Position numbers and translations under genes: made by a program. This document shows, in pieces, positions 13,300 through 24,749 of a stretch of DNA of 64,000 nt. Source of the stretch: Raillietiella orientalis (Eukaryota); assembly GCA_036172245.1 (NCBI GenBank), contig JAYWIR010000010.1, positions 1,612,001 through 1,676,000 of the forward strand, given 5' to 3'. Each line of letters opens with the position of its first letter. The stretch's first letter is position 1. The notes beneath the pieces were generated by a model, which saw only the letters and a list, made by a program, of their open reading frames with translations, was not told the origin of the DNA and made no database searches.

Positions 13300-14050
13300 C
13301 CTCAAAAAGATCAAAAAAGGCATGCGAAGAGGCAGGATATGAGACTACAGAAGTGACTTGAAGATGGTATGGTTGCTGAGGAGACAACCAGGAGGGAGGC
13401 GAGGTGAGTGCTGAACGCCAGCAGCCAGCTCGCCTGTCCTCTCCTTTAGGGGAATCCCCGGCAAGGAGGGAATCAATGATGAGCGGTAGAAAACTAGTTC
13501 TTGAAACGTCGTGTGCTTTTCTAGGTGATACCCGTTGGGAAGCAATGGGATAGGAGGAAAAAATTCCCTCAAAGTTCTAGTGCTAACTGAAGTACCCCTA
13601 CGGGGTACTTCGGTTAGCACACGGAGAGAGTGCGAGATGCGGAAATCAGTGCTCTGATAAAGATCCAGGATACTCCCGAAGACGAGCATCCTACTCCAAA
13701 CTGATAAGACGATGGGAGTCTTCGTCAAAGAATATTGGAGAGTCGGCTGATAATGCAGATGCACATCTCTGAAGGGATAAGCACATTTACAGAGGTTCGG
13801 CCTTGAAGCGACCGGAAAATAACTTGTCGTCGAGGGGAAGATTACGGGGGAGCATTGAGGAAACGAGGCTCCCTGAAGACCTAATGACTTTCTGAGGGGG
13901 AGCATATTAAAGATCTGTCTGTCTCCGAGTAAGGCATGCAGTGATGCGGAAGATACACGTTTCTGGCCGATCCTTCACCTCGCTAACGTGCTGATGGTGT
14001 CTTGGCTGCCGCCGAGTTTCCGGCCGGCTGAGCAGATGGGCTTTTTCCGG
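13300..14050 (-). mobile_element. Jockey/I/CR1-type LINE RT fossil
   Basis: ORF 13345-13905(-): GLQGASFPQCSPVIF..TTSYFP (PQGS.LSP.LF..Y..D.P), LQYSL..W, GYHLEKHTTF (YLG.HLD..LTF). Confidence 0.5.
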
Positions 14051-14279
14051 CGTCTAGAGGGAGACCTTGCTATCGTCGTTCCAAAATGAGGTCAATAGCG
14101 GAAAGATGGATCTCTGGGAATTATCCCGTCTGAAACGTGTGCTGCCTGGAATCAACTCGCTGATTCCCTGTTAAAATGATTTCTTCGCGTGCATGAGCAG
14201 TTATTTTCCTTTTGAAGCGGCGGATCACGTAAACGCGCTCATCCAACAGAAAGGTATGCACATCCTCTGTTTCTTTAAG

Positions 14280-14414
14280 ATTCTTGGATACTGCGTGCCT
14301 GACAAGCCGTTTGCTATGGAGGATGAAAGTACGGTGACCGCTCTGATCACTGAGTTGGGCGAGTCACTGGATTTAACCCAGCTGCTTCAGATGTCCTGGG
14401 AAAAGCGAGTTCAG
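14280..14414 (+). CDS. PKDCC: PKDCC-like kinase, coding exon 2 (45 codons)
   Basis: Acceptor ctctgtttctttaag|ATT and donor CAG|GTAAAT; 135 nt, phase 0/0. Encodes ILGYCVPDKPFAMEDESTVTALITELGESLDLTQLLQMSWEKRVQ, which parallels PKDCC LYGYC...[21 protein letters not shown]. Confidence 0.93.
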
Positions 14415-14849
14415 GTAAATTCTGAGAGGAAATCTATGGAACGGGTGCAGGTGCTGCAGCATGCTGTTTTGTGAACTTGGTCGCAAGCCTCTGTAAACAA
14501 GATAAAGCAAACTACTCCTACACAGATCATGCATCCAGGTAAAGAGGTTGTTTTTCGCTTAATGCAATGATGGATCTGTTCGATACTAAAAATGTATGAC
14601 TTGAGGAACGAAGTATCCGAATCGATCTTTCCTTCTTCTTCAGTGCTGCATGTTCAGGAAAAAAGCAGCAAGAACGAAAAAAAAAGAAATGAGTGATAAT
14701 AATAATAATCGATCGTGCTTCGCGCTGTTGCTTTAGATTTTTTGGCATTTGCAGGAATAGCACTGTGCATGCTGAAGCTTTCAGTTGCTAGCAGCACTAG
14801 TATTATTAGTGACTATTAATTTCGCACACGATCACATCTGGCCAGCTGT

Positions 14850-15330
14850 CGACTCAGCTACCCGTAGATCGCCACCGTCGGTCACTTTAGGGTGAGTATA
14901 AGACAACCGCCCTTCGAGTGTCGATTGCGACTCCCCGAGGAGATCCATGCGTTTCCATCTATGTCTGGTGTGAACCTTCTCAGCGCGATTTTCTCATCTG
15001 CATTTCCGTGCAGGTCATTCCACCCAGTTTCCCTCTATGGATTTACGTAAATAATTGCCGTTCCGTTTTGTTTCAGTTAGGGAGTCTAACTGGTAGCCAT
15101 AGAGCCAGTTCTCCCGTTTCCAGCTTCCAAACTAAGAAATCCTGCATCCTTGAGAGTGCTAAACAAGTTCTTCGCTTCGGTACCGCAGTCTCCCTTTTTC
15201 TTTTCAGTGATATGCACTGAATCCACTCGAAGGCACGGAGCCTTCCAGACTCTAGCTGAATTGCTTGCCAAACATCCTCATCATCTGAATCAGAACCATA
15301 GCTGTTTCGTCGTAACAGCAGGACAACTAC
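14850..15330 (-). mobile_element. LINE RT N-terminal fossil
   Basis: EDVWQAI..., then KAPCLRVD (EV..AI...KAPG.D); highly decayed. Confidence 0.3.
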
Positions 15331-17979
15331 TCTTTGAAAGCACGGAGAAGGGATGGGGGAGGAGGGAGGGAGGAGACAATGTTCCATTTTCGTTGACTAT
15401 GAGAGATTCTTGAAAAGATGGACGTGAACTGCTGCCACCTTGTCTGGCAGTTTCTGGATGAGAGTGGAGAAATCTCGTCATGCGATCAGGAGAAGCTGAA
15501 TAGGAACAGTTGTTCGTGATGAGCAACGCGGGCTCGAAAGCACACGAGTACATCAACTGCCATGTCGTGATCGAATCTGGGAGAGATTTAGGGAAGAGAA
15601 GATTCTCTGAATTCTCAAGGAAGAGAATATGTAATAAAGTCATCCCATTTTTTAAAAAATTGTTTCTGTCCTCGAGACAAGAGAATGTAAGAAAGTCCCG
15701 AGAACTGAAGTGCACAGTGAACAAAGTGAACAGTGACAGTTCGTCAAGTGAACAGTCCGAGGCAGAAGCCTCTCAAAGTGACGCGGACTTGAATCGAAGT
15801 GAATCAAAAGCCAAAGGACAATGCCGCCTTCTCCGGTGCAGCCTTTTTGCTCTTGGTTACGGCGGAATGCTAACGATGATCATGGAAGTGAATACACTGC
15901 AGTCCGCAGGAGAGATACGCTCCTTTCGCAACTTCAGAGCGATCACTATGGCCAAGGTCATCTATCCCCAAAGGACCGCCGCCACGTGAGTCGATGCTAC
16001 TTTTCAAAGAATACTGCAAGATGCACCTTTGGCGACGGCTGGAGCACTTTTCAAGCACAAAGCTCACCAGAGTGCCTCTCTTTACAGAATATGGATGCAG
16101 AAGCGCAAGGCAGCTCTTCTGAGCGCTTAGGGGCAACCGTTTGCTCCAGTTCGATAGCGGTCTTCAATGAGCAGTTTACCCCTTACTAGGGACAGAGAAT
16201 CAGCGTATCTGCTGCGGAAATCAAAACACGATTTGTGCCTGATGCTTCGGGAGGAGGAAAATGTGTGAAACTACGCAACGAAAAGACCTCTTTTCCCGAT
16301 ACTGTCAAACCTTCGAGAAAGTCACGGACCTTCCCAGACAACTAAAATATCCCTTCTTTGACCTGCTGCCTCCTACAGGCAGCAGTCGAGAATCCGTCTC
16401 GCTGAACCTAATTGCAGCTTCTGGCTAGGTTTCCTTGTCAAAAAGTCCTAGGGTGCGTGCACACGCTTTCATGAGAGAGGACTGACACTGAAACACGTGA
16501 ACCCCGGTGTCAGATCTCATTAAAGCGCGCCCCTGTTGTATCTTAAGAGTCTGCTTCCAAATTTCTGGTTCGGAATCCTTGTCTCTCTGCTCACTTTCGG
16601 AAAACCCGATCGTGGGTTCGATCTTGAAAGAATGACCTGCAGGAAGATACTTCTTAACAACCACTTTCCAGCATAAAAAGAACGGTAGGTTGCAGACGCA
16701 AATAATCTTTCCTGATAAGGACTGTTATCCAAGGATAGTACTAGCGTTGAAAGTGTTGCAGAGTGGTGGAAATAGGAGGTGTGTGAGGTTGAAAAGAAAT
16801 TACTCTCGACCTACACGCTGCTAACATGCATTAAAATGGAGTATCTGGTATTTCAATGCTGTTCCGACGTGTTGCATCCCCACTGAAAAAGCCCTGGCAT
16901 CTGCTAGCTCGACGGATTCCTCCTCCACTTTTTCTATGCGGACGGCTTTTGTACGTGCAGAAGAAATCTCAGTTTTACTTCATGGGATGCTGCAACAGAT
17001 TCACATTCGTGCTCCTCCATGTTGAGCACAATCCTATTTTGCAGCAGGAAACTCAATCATGCCCTTGCGCGGGACTCTGTGGATTACGACTCCGTTTCCC
17101 GAAGACTCCATGATTCAGGCACCGTGACCTGCGTCGATGCCAGCATTCCGGCTCAATCCAACGTCTCTTCGAAAGATTCGGGGTTGCGCAAAGAACCGCA
17201 GGATCCTCTAGGGCTTCCACCGGTCCCTCCACGTGGCCAGCTTCGGCCATGATGGAACGGGACTCGTGAGCACGGGCAAGAGGTGTTCCCGGTTGGGGTG
17301 AGGCCTTCACAACGGGCACATGACTTCGTCAGCATCCGAACCCGCAGCTGTTTTCTGCCGACACAGGCGAATTCGCGCTCTGGATCCAAGCCTGACGACT
17401 TCCTTGCATCTCTCGGGTCGGGAGGATCCAGAGGGTGAAGGTGTTCTCCTGGCGACTCGCTCCACGCTGGTCGCTGCTCCGGAGGCTGTCTGACGGGTGC
17501 GTCCGGTCGGTGTCCCGGTCATGGTGGATGCTGGGCGGCAAAATCCACCGACTTTCTGAGCGGGTTCGCGCACGCTCTTGGAATCCCCATCGTCGTCCTT
17601 CTCGGGGTACCGACGACGATAGCTCGAAGTGACCCTTGGCTTGGTTCCTCGTGAGAGCACTTCCAGTGCTCCTCTTTCTCGAACGCTGCCGGCATGCTTT
17701 CGAACGCGCATCAGCGTGGGTCAGCTGTGACCGCGACGACGACTGTACGCCGGGCGTCTCTCGGGTTGCCGCCGGCCCGCGTGTCTTTCCGTGTCTGTGG
17801 CGATCGAGGTGCCGTGCTGCCGCCTCCTGCTGCAGAGTCGAAGGCGTGTCATGAAATGGTAGCATCAGGATGTGCGGCAACGTTTGGTATCATTTCAGGC
17901 ACAGGATCTGTTTCCTAGGTGAGCCTCCAAAGTTTGAAGCAAGAATATTACGAGGAGGCAAAGTGTGAAGCTGAAGTCT

Positions 17980-19100
17980 GAATGCAGAAAACTCTGAATT
18001 CGAGCATGGAGAGTTCAAGCATGCTCCGCAGCATCCTCCCGTGTTGCAGATCCCTTCTGTAGTTCGTGATATTCCCGTAGCTGCGTTCTGAGGCTGATTT
18101 CACCTATTATTCCCGAGTTTTTGGTCTGGTGTTCGCTCCTCACATCCCAAACACACTTTCAGACGAACTCGGATTGAACCATCAGAGTTGGTCCATCAAG
18201 AATTGGGGATTTCGAGCGTTTTCCTCGAGATTCGAGTTTTGGGAAACGATGCTGGCCTGTATCTTCATACCTCGAGGCGTCGTCGCCCTTGATTGTCATT
18301 CGGGTCTGAGTATGAGATCCGACAAAACTTTTGATCTGTGGGAAACTGCCAAAAGCTTTCATTTTTTTTTATAACTTTTCGAGTGCTGCGGAAGCATCTA
18401 TGCGTCTGACAAATGTTTTTACCATATAATCGCGACGCAAGTTGACACTATCCATGTTTGAGATGTACACATAATTCCCTTAGCGCCGAAAGCAGGCAGA
18501 ATTCCATTTATTTCGGCTAACTGTTCTCGGTTTTTCAGGGAATCACCTGAGAAACCGAGAATGGCATAATTTATTATATTGTACCACACCCAAATAAATT
18601 ATTGATTTCATTGGAATTATCATTATAATTTTCAAATAAACAGTGAATGTTTGAGAAAAATAAAAAAAATTCTATTCTATGTGGTGTAAACAAACAATTA
18701 TAATGGTAATTTTGATGAGCGCTCCATAAAGCGCTCCATCACAGCACGTCAGTCGAGTACGCGGCACGCGGAGAAGCATTCCATCCACAGAGATCGCGTG
18801 CTGCCAGCACAGAACGTCCCGATGAGCTCCTCACCCAAAGGTTAAAGTTTTCCCTTTTGACCAATAAGGAACTCTGATGCTCATCAATCGGTTCCTGCGT
18901 TCCTTGAGCATTACTCATGATTGCAGCTATTCGGTATTGATGCAGTTCATTGGGTGAGCCCTTGCTCACTGATCACTTTTGAAAGACATAGAATACTTAT
19001 AGTATCTTCTACGTAATTGAAGAGCTCATTTTTTCCGGTTCTTTATCCTATGATAACCACACCAAACACAAATGGTGTTGCAAGCGAGAAATTCCTCAAG
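17980..19100 (-). mobile_element. Penelope-like element fossil (RT, thumb, GIY-YIG), interrupted by an AT-rich insert at ~18505-18720
   Basis: Minus strand, in order: KGSP..IAAIM (MGSP..IA.I.M), STDVL, VKTFVRRI, QSEFV*KC and GIIGEISLRTQLREYH (YIGET.R.L..RL.EH). Confidence 0.55.
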
Positions 19101-19349
19101 AACGTCATCAACCATTACATCTGCAATTGGAACTTCATCAGGAAAGAAATAATGAACTGGTGACCGAGGTAAAGAAGTTTTCCCACAAATGGCCTCCAAC
19201 TAGGCTATCCCACTAATAGCCGAACCTTTACTCAGATCCAGTGGACTAGGGAGACGGAAGAGTGGGTGCCGCTTGCACCTACGAAAGCTCAGTGGAGGTT
19301 CCTAAAGCTCAAGACAGAGAAAGGAGAGAAAAACGCTAAGATTGTCTCC

Positions 19350-21310
19350 TCGCTCAGTCCCTAAAGGTGTGTCTGTTACTTTCGTGCGAAAGGTGATTGT
19401 CTGATCCTTGAGGTCAAGATCCTCAGCCAACGGCAAGGTGATGAAAGAACCGATATACTCCCAACAGACATGTGGAGCACGTCGGGAACAAAATGGTGTT
19501 CTCGAACATCCAACAGTCCCGGGATAGGCTGGAAGCGTTCGTCGGATGACCGGCCACTGTGAATCTATCCGACAGGAACCACGGTCTCTCCAGAGAACGG
19601 CTCAACTGAGGAAATAATGGAAAATTCCCCCCTTCCCCCACCCCCCATGGGCCATCCGTGATACCTCCCATCAGCATGCTTTGCATCTCCCAGCCATCAT
19701 CATCTTGGCTGCGTGCTTTCCTTATGGTTCTGAACAAACAGTGGAGGCACCTGATCGATTTGCTCTGATTTCCTCTTTTGAAATGTTCTCAACGATTTCC
19801 TTGAGGGAAAAAGAAAACTCATAGGGCAAGGGACAAGCACGTTGCTAATGCTAAGGGGACTCTCGAATACTAGGGAAGCGGAAACGCTTCCTTCCGAGTC
19901 CTGGCAAGAACTCTGGCAGGAAAGGTTGGATGCAAAGATCAATATAAAAAGATGAGATTTAGCGTAAGAAAAGAGATCGAGATTCGAAAGTTCCTGTGTT
20001 CTTCCTCCAAGAACTCAAGATGCACTCTTCAGCCCTGCATTAACGTCAACAATATTGTAGGCATTCTTGTTTCTCAAGTGTCTGCTTGACAGGTAGTAAT
20101 GAGGGAAGGAGGAAGAAACGTTCCCTTTTCGTTCTGGTGCCGATTTTCTGATCTGTCGAGAGCGGATGCCTCCACGCACTTGGACTCGTTCGCTGTCATC
20201 ATGGCTGGAGATTTATTGATTTCCCGTTTCGAAGACCTGCAGTCCTGCCACCTCTGACGAAATGGAGTGCCTTTGATGACGCGGACCAAATCCTTCTTCT
20301 GCCAGCCAATTTTTATTTTTCTCTTTCCATTCCTTTCGGAGAGGGTCGATGAGTGTAGCCGCACCCGTTCCGCCGCAGCCGATTCTCCTTCCTGAAGCCC
20401 TTTCATCCAGAGATGATTTTATGGTCCACGCGAATGGTGGAAGGTAGCTTCTGTCCTGCGTCGGGTGTGTCGGCAGGTTCGAGGTCTCTCAATGTCAGGC
20501 AGTCAACACAGGTCGAATGCCCGCGTCGGAGGCCTTGTAATTAAGGCTTCCGCGTGTGGTACCATGCGTCACGAGTTCGAATACTTCGGCAGAAACTGAC
20601 GCCATTGCGTCGTTGGGTTCCGAGTTTCTCCTGCAAGATGGCGCTGGTTGGCCGAGACATTCGGGCGTGGCACCGACGGTGGATTGAGCCGGGAGGCCCC
20701 TGATGAAGGCCGGAACAATGGGAGACCTTCGGGTCCTCCCAGGAATAGAGGAGTGGGGAGTTCCCCCTCCTGTCGTACAACAGAGAGCGGCCTCCCCGAT
20801 ACCGGGGGATCCCTCCGGTTTCAAGATAGAGCAGGAGCCCTCACGGACACCTCTCCAGTTATTCAAAGGAGTGGACTCCCCCTGTTGCGGGGGTCCCTCC
20901 GAGTCGTCGCCTCTTCACAGAGTGCACAAGGAAGCAAGCGAGAGCGATTCCCTGCGGGAAGTTGCAGCACCCCTTCTGAGTTTCGGAAGCGCCCCTTCCA
21001 GGTTCTCTTCAGAGGAGTGCACAGGAGCGGTTCCCTTGCGGGTTCCCTCCGGAGAAGTTGAAATGGAGAGGACCCTCCCCCATTAGGGAGTTTCCCTCCG
21101 GAGAGAATGAGGAAGGAGGTTCCCTTCGGGGTTCCCCTTCGTTGACAACCAGGGTAGGAGGTGCGATCCCCCCCGGATGGGGGAGATCCTTCCCGAAGCG
21201 TGAGAGGAATGGAATCCGAGCCTTTCCTGGACTCATAGGGCGGACCACTCCATCCCGGGGTGCCCCTATCCTGAAGAATTTACACGCCTTCCCTTGCGGG
21301 TTGCCTCAGG
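19350..21310 (-). mobile_element. L1/Tx1-like LINE 5' part: ORF1 remnant + APE endonuclease remnant
   Basis: LPSTIRV..RRNGCGYTHRP (ORF1 knuckle-like), then NIVDVNAGLKS, ISNVLVP (NVYAP), LMGG (GGDFN), LSD..HP and FFHHLAV (SDH.AV), in APE order. Confidence 0.5.
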
Positions 21311-21559
21311 CGGAGTGGCGTATAGACAAAAAACAGTGTTTAAAAGGGCCATGTTCGGCTCGAGGCACGCAACCGGCTCTTGAGGCGCACTTAGCGAACC
21401 AAAAAAAAAAAAGAAAACCCGAAGAAAAAAAAAAGAAAACAGCGAAGACAGAAGAAAAAGAACTCTGGATTTTCTATCATCCTAGGCCAATAGTAACGAT
21501 CTCCTCGCGGGGTCGCTACTGGCCTTTTAAACAAAGGTCGAATGAAGACTTGTTCCTTT

Positions 21560-22250
21560 GGAAGAGCTCACGAAAACAGCTCTCCTGTAGATATGTGTCC
21601 TGTAGCATCTCAGTAGCCACTTACAAATGCAAGCTATGGATCAACATGCAGAGGTTTCTCGCATCTTTTGTTCTCGTCATACTTGTTCGGAGAGGTATCG
21701 GAACTCGTTTCCATGGTCACAGCTATCTTCCCAAGGTTGGACTCGTTGGTCAACTCCTGAGACCAACAGTTCCCCCGCACCTTCGGCTGGGACATTTGCT
21801 GGAGCCGTGTCTGCACGACCACGCGAATTGCTTGCGCGCGATGCTTGTGGTGCTTGCTGCACAACATGTGCAAGAGCTGAAGCCCATCCAATGCGCTCCA
21901 AGGAGATCGCGGCGGGTGAAGGGTAAGAGCCTTTGGCTAGCTCCAAAGTGAAGGAGGGAGGCATCGATGCCTGAAAAACGAGAAAGGAGTAGCAACAAGG
22001 AGAATCCACCTACCCATCACCCTCAAAGAATCCTCTTGCCTTCCCGGGGCGGGTCTGGGCAAAAGAATCAGTAGGCTGAACGGTTGGGGGCACACGCCTC
22101 CACGCGAGCCTGCATTGAGCACCGCCGCGGTAGGCCTTCCATGCAAGGGCGAGGCTGATGGCAGAGCCCTTGCGCCATGCCACCGCCGCGCGCTCTCTTC
22201 TGTGTTTGAGAGGACTGTCCCGGTCGTTTCCCGGAAAGCTCCGGAAGCTT
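21560..22250 (-). mobile_element. R2-like non-LTR 3' fossil (CCHC/RLE)
   Basis: LPFTRR..G, LAHVVQQ, SIARK (RI.RH), KIAVTMETS..KYDENK; several frameshifts. Confidence 0.45.
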
Positions 22251-22504
22251 TACAGCTCCGCGCAGGCACCTCATCCTCTTTCGCAACTTGCAGCAGTGAA
22301 AGGATCACTCCCTAGTCCCTCCCCGATGTCTGGAATTCCAGTACCTCAGGGCTCCAAGGTTACTCGTCCAGCGTCTTCCGAGGTTCGTCCGCTCTTGTTG
22401 GTTTTTCTTTGCCTCTTCTCGCTCCTTTGCACGGGCCGACGAACGCTTGAGAGGCTCGCATTCAGAAGAAATGGATACATTGTGTTTTTCTCCTCTGTTT
22501 TCAG

Positions 22505-22963
22505 CTGTGCGTGGACCTGGGAAGACTCATCCATCACCTAGCGATGCTCCCGAAAGGGCCAGCCATCATGAACGACTTCCGCAGGCAGCAGTTCGTCATG
22601 TGTGGAGAGACCTTGAAACTGTCTGACGTGGATGACCTGGTTATAGGAGAGAAGCCCTGCGAGACGGATGAGGATTGCAGCATCCGATCGGAAACGGCGG
22701 ATGTGAAGGTCCCCATCCCGTGCGACGCGAGTGGATTCTGTAGAAGCTACAACGAGAAGATGAACATCTTCAACGCCGGTCGCCACTTCACGACCTTCCT
22801 GCTGCCTCCGGGAGCTCCCAACGAGCTCAGACCCCTAGTGGGTCAAATTGTGAGCGCCTACACCTTTGCTAACTGGAGCTCCCGAGCCCTCTTGGAAGCT
22901 TCAGAAGGGCTCCTGAACCAAACCTCCCCTGGACTGAGGACCACTGCTGCCGAGCAGACGTGA
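22505..22963 (+). CDS. PKDCC: PKDCC-like kinase, terminal coding exon 3 (152 aa + TGA)
   Basis: Strong acceptor tttttctcctctgttttcag|CTG. Encodes LCVDLGRLIHHLA, catalytic loop NDFRRQQF, LKLSDVDD (DLDD equivalent), PC....DC, PC..SGFC, NEKMNIFNA and FLLPPGAPNELRPLV, all matching the PKDCC C-lobe. Stop TGA at 22961-22963. Confidence 0.92.
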   Translation: MCVDLGRLIHHLAMLPKGPAIMNDFRRQQFVMCGETLKLSDVDDLVIGEKPCETDEDCSIRSETADVKVPIPCDASGFCRSYNEKMNIFNAGRHFTTFLLPPGAPNELRPLVGQIVSAYTFANWSSRALLEASEGLLNQTSPGLRTTAAEQT

Positions 22964-24749
22964 CCGAACCCGTCTCCCGCGTGCGGGATGCTTCCAAGGC
23001 CGCGGAGAAGAGCTCCTCACCTCGCCTGGAGACAGACTACCAGGAGCGCCCTCACACTCTTGTCCAAGCTCCTCTTCGGTGGGGATGACGAGCCGAGAGC
23101 TAGCGTTCCCAGAGGCTCCTCGTTGCGAGGCCGCCCCTCTGGTTCAGAGGGAGGACGCTGGAAAAATGAAGCTTTTCGAGATCTCAAAAGGCTCTCTCTC
23201 TCTCTCTCAGGATGTGGTCAGGCGAGGGAGAGGAGGAGATGTCGCGAGGAGGGTGGCGCGGCCAGAGATGGCCAGGGGACGCCTCACATCGTTAGGACTC
23301 CACAGCAGTCTTGGGAGTGAGGAAGAGGAAAAGGAGCCGGGGCACGCAACCGTTAAATGGATCTTCCTCCTCTCTCTCCACCTCCCTCTTTTTTTCGGTT
23401 AGGTCAAATCCCCTCGTCTTCGAGGACAGGAAATATTTCGCACATCTTCCCGGACGCTGAGAGACAAAGCGGGAGGAGATGACGCTGTCAGCCGAGAGGA
23501 ACACACCTGGGTGGTATCCGGCGCCGCATCTCCGGGAAGCAGAGAGCTCCCAGGGACGGCAACCTGCTTCCATCTCAGCTGCCTTCTGTCTGCGTGGATG
23601 AGGTTTCAGATGCCTCTCTGTAATCTCTCTGGGAGAACGTTCCAGGAGAAAGAGAGTGGGTGAGGCGGCGAATGGCTGGAGGAGGAGAGGAACAAACAAG
23701 CAGGAGAGAAGGGGAGTAAGAAAACAGGGAAAGGGAACCTCATGCTTTGAGGGTAGAGGATGAGGGGTGAGCAAGAACAACAGTCCTCAAGAAAGGCTGC
23801 TGCCTTGCCCTCCTGAGGAGCCACCAGGCTCCTCTGAGGAAGTCCTCAGTTCGGACGGTTGAGAAAAACGGATGGACCCTGCACGGAAGAGGTGGGATGT
23901 GCACACTCGTGGACGCTCATTCGACGCTCGAGGCGTCCGCCCCCTTCGCCCGAGGGTGCCCTCCCTTCCAAATATCCGGAAACTGCTGCTGTTCTTCAGT
24001 CTTTGCTGAAAGCTGCTGGCGAATGAATCCGGCATGTCAGCCTCAGTACCGGGCAGTAGACTGTCCCAATCCAAGAAGGAAAGTTTCCTGTCATTTGAAG
24101 AAGGAGAGGGCTCCCAAATGCTCCTTGTTCGTCTCCCTCATTCAACCCCCTTCTCTCTCTTCTCCTCAATCATTCATCAGTGTGTCCCGTCTACCTCGTG
24201 GATATGACTTTTGACCCTTGGAAGCACCACGAGAATCGAACACTCGCAGAAGAAACAATAGGTAATAACCCTCTCACAGATACTCGATTGCCCTGTCCTT
24301 CCTGGAGTTCCTTTTTCATCTCCGACTGTGTCCCTGAAACTCTGGTTTCTTTCGCAAAAGAGGAGAGAACAGAAAACTGGTGTCCTCCTCCAATGAGCAG
24401 TCGGCACTGCGAGTCCCTCGGGTGACCACCTGAGATCCTGGCCACCTGCAGACGAGAACACGATCCGAGGTCCTACCCCAAGGAGTTTTCACGGGAAACT
24501 GCTCCTTATCGAAGCACTGGTTCTTTGGCAGCTACTGGAGCACAGCACTTCCTCCCTCTCCTTCCTCCTGCCGCTCTCTGAATTCCATGCTCGTGTGCCG
24601 CAGGCGGTGAACATCTAGAGTGCTCATGACTAAAGTCAGCTCACTGGAGCATTATCTGATTCAGCATCTTGGATGAGTTCCCTCTGACCATTTCAAAAGA
24701 GACCTCCAGAAGTGCAAACTGACTTCCTCCAAGTCACTAGAGACTGCTG

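Noticed and set aside
18711..18740. Hammerhead-like TGATGA-GCGCT-loop-AGCGC
   Set aside because: Lacks C3 and the following GAAA. Other CTGANGA hits (~20700, ~53436, ~59949) also lack a proper stem II + GAAA.
21058..21951. 297-aa + strand ORF
   Set aside because: Runs across poly-A tracts and is antisense to two retroelement fossils; not a credible gene.
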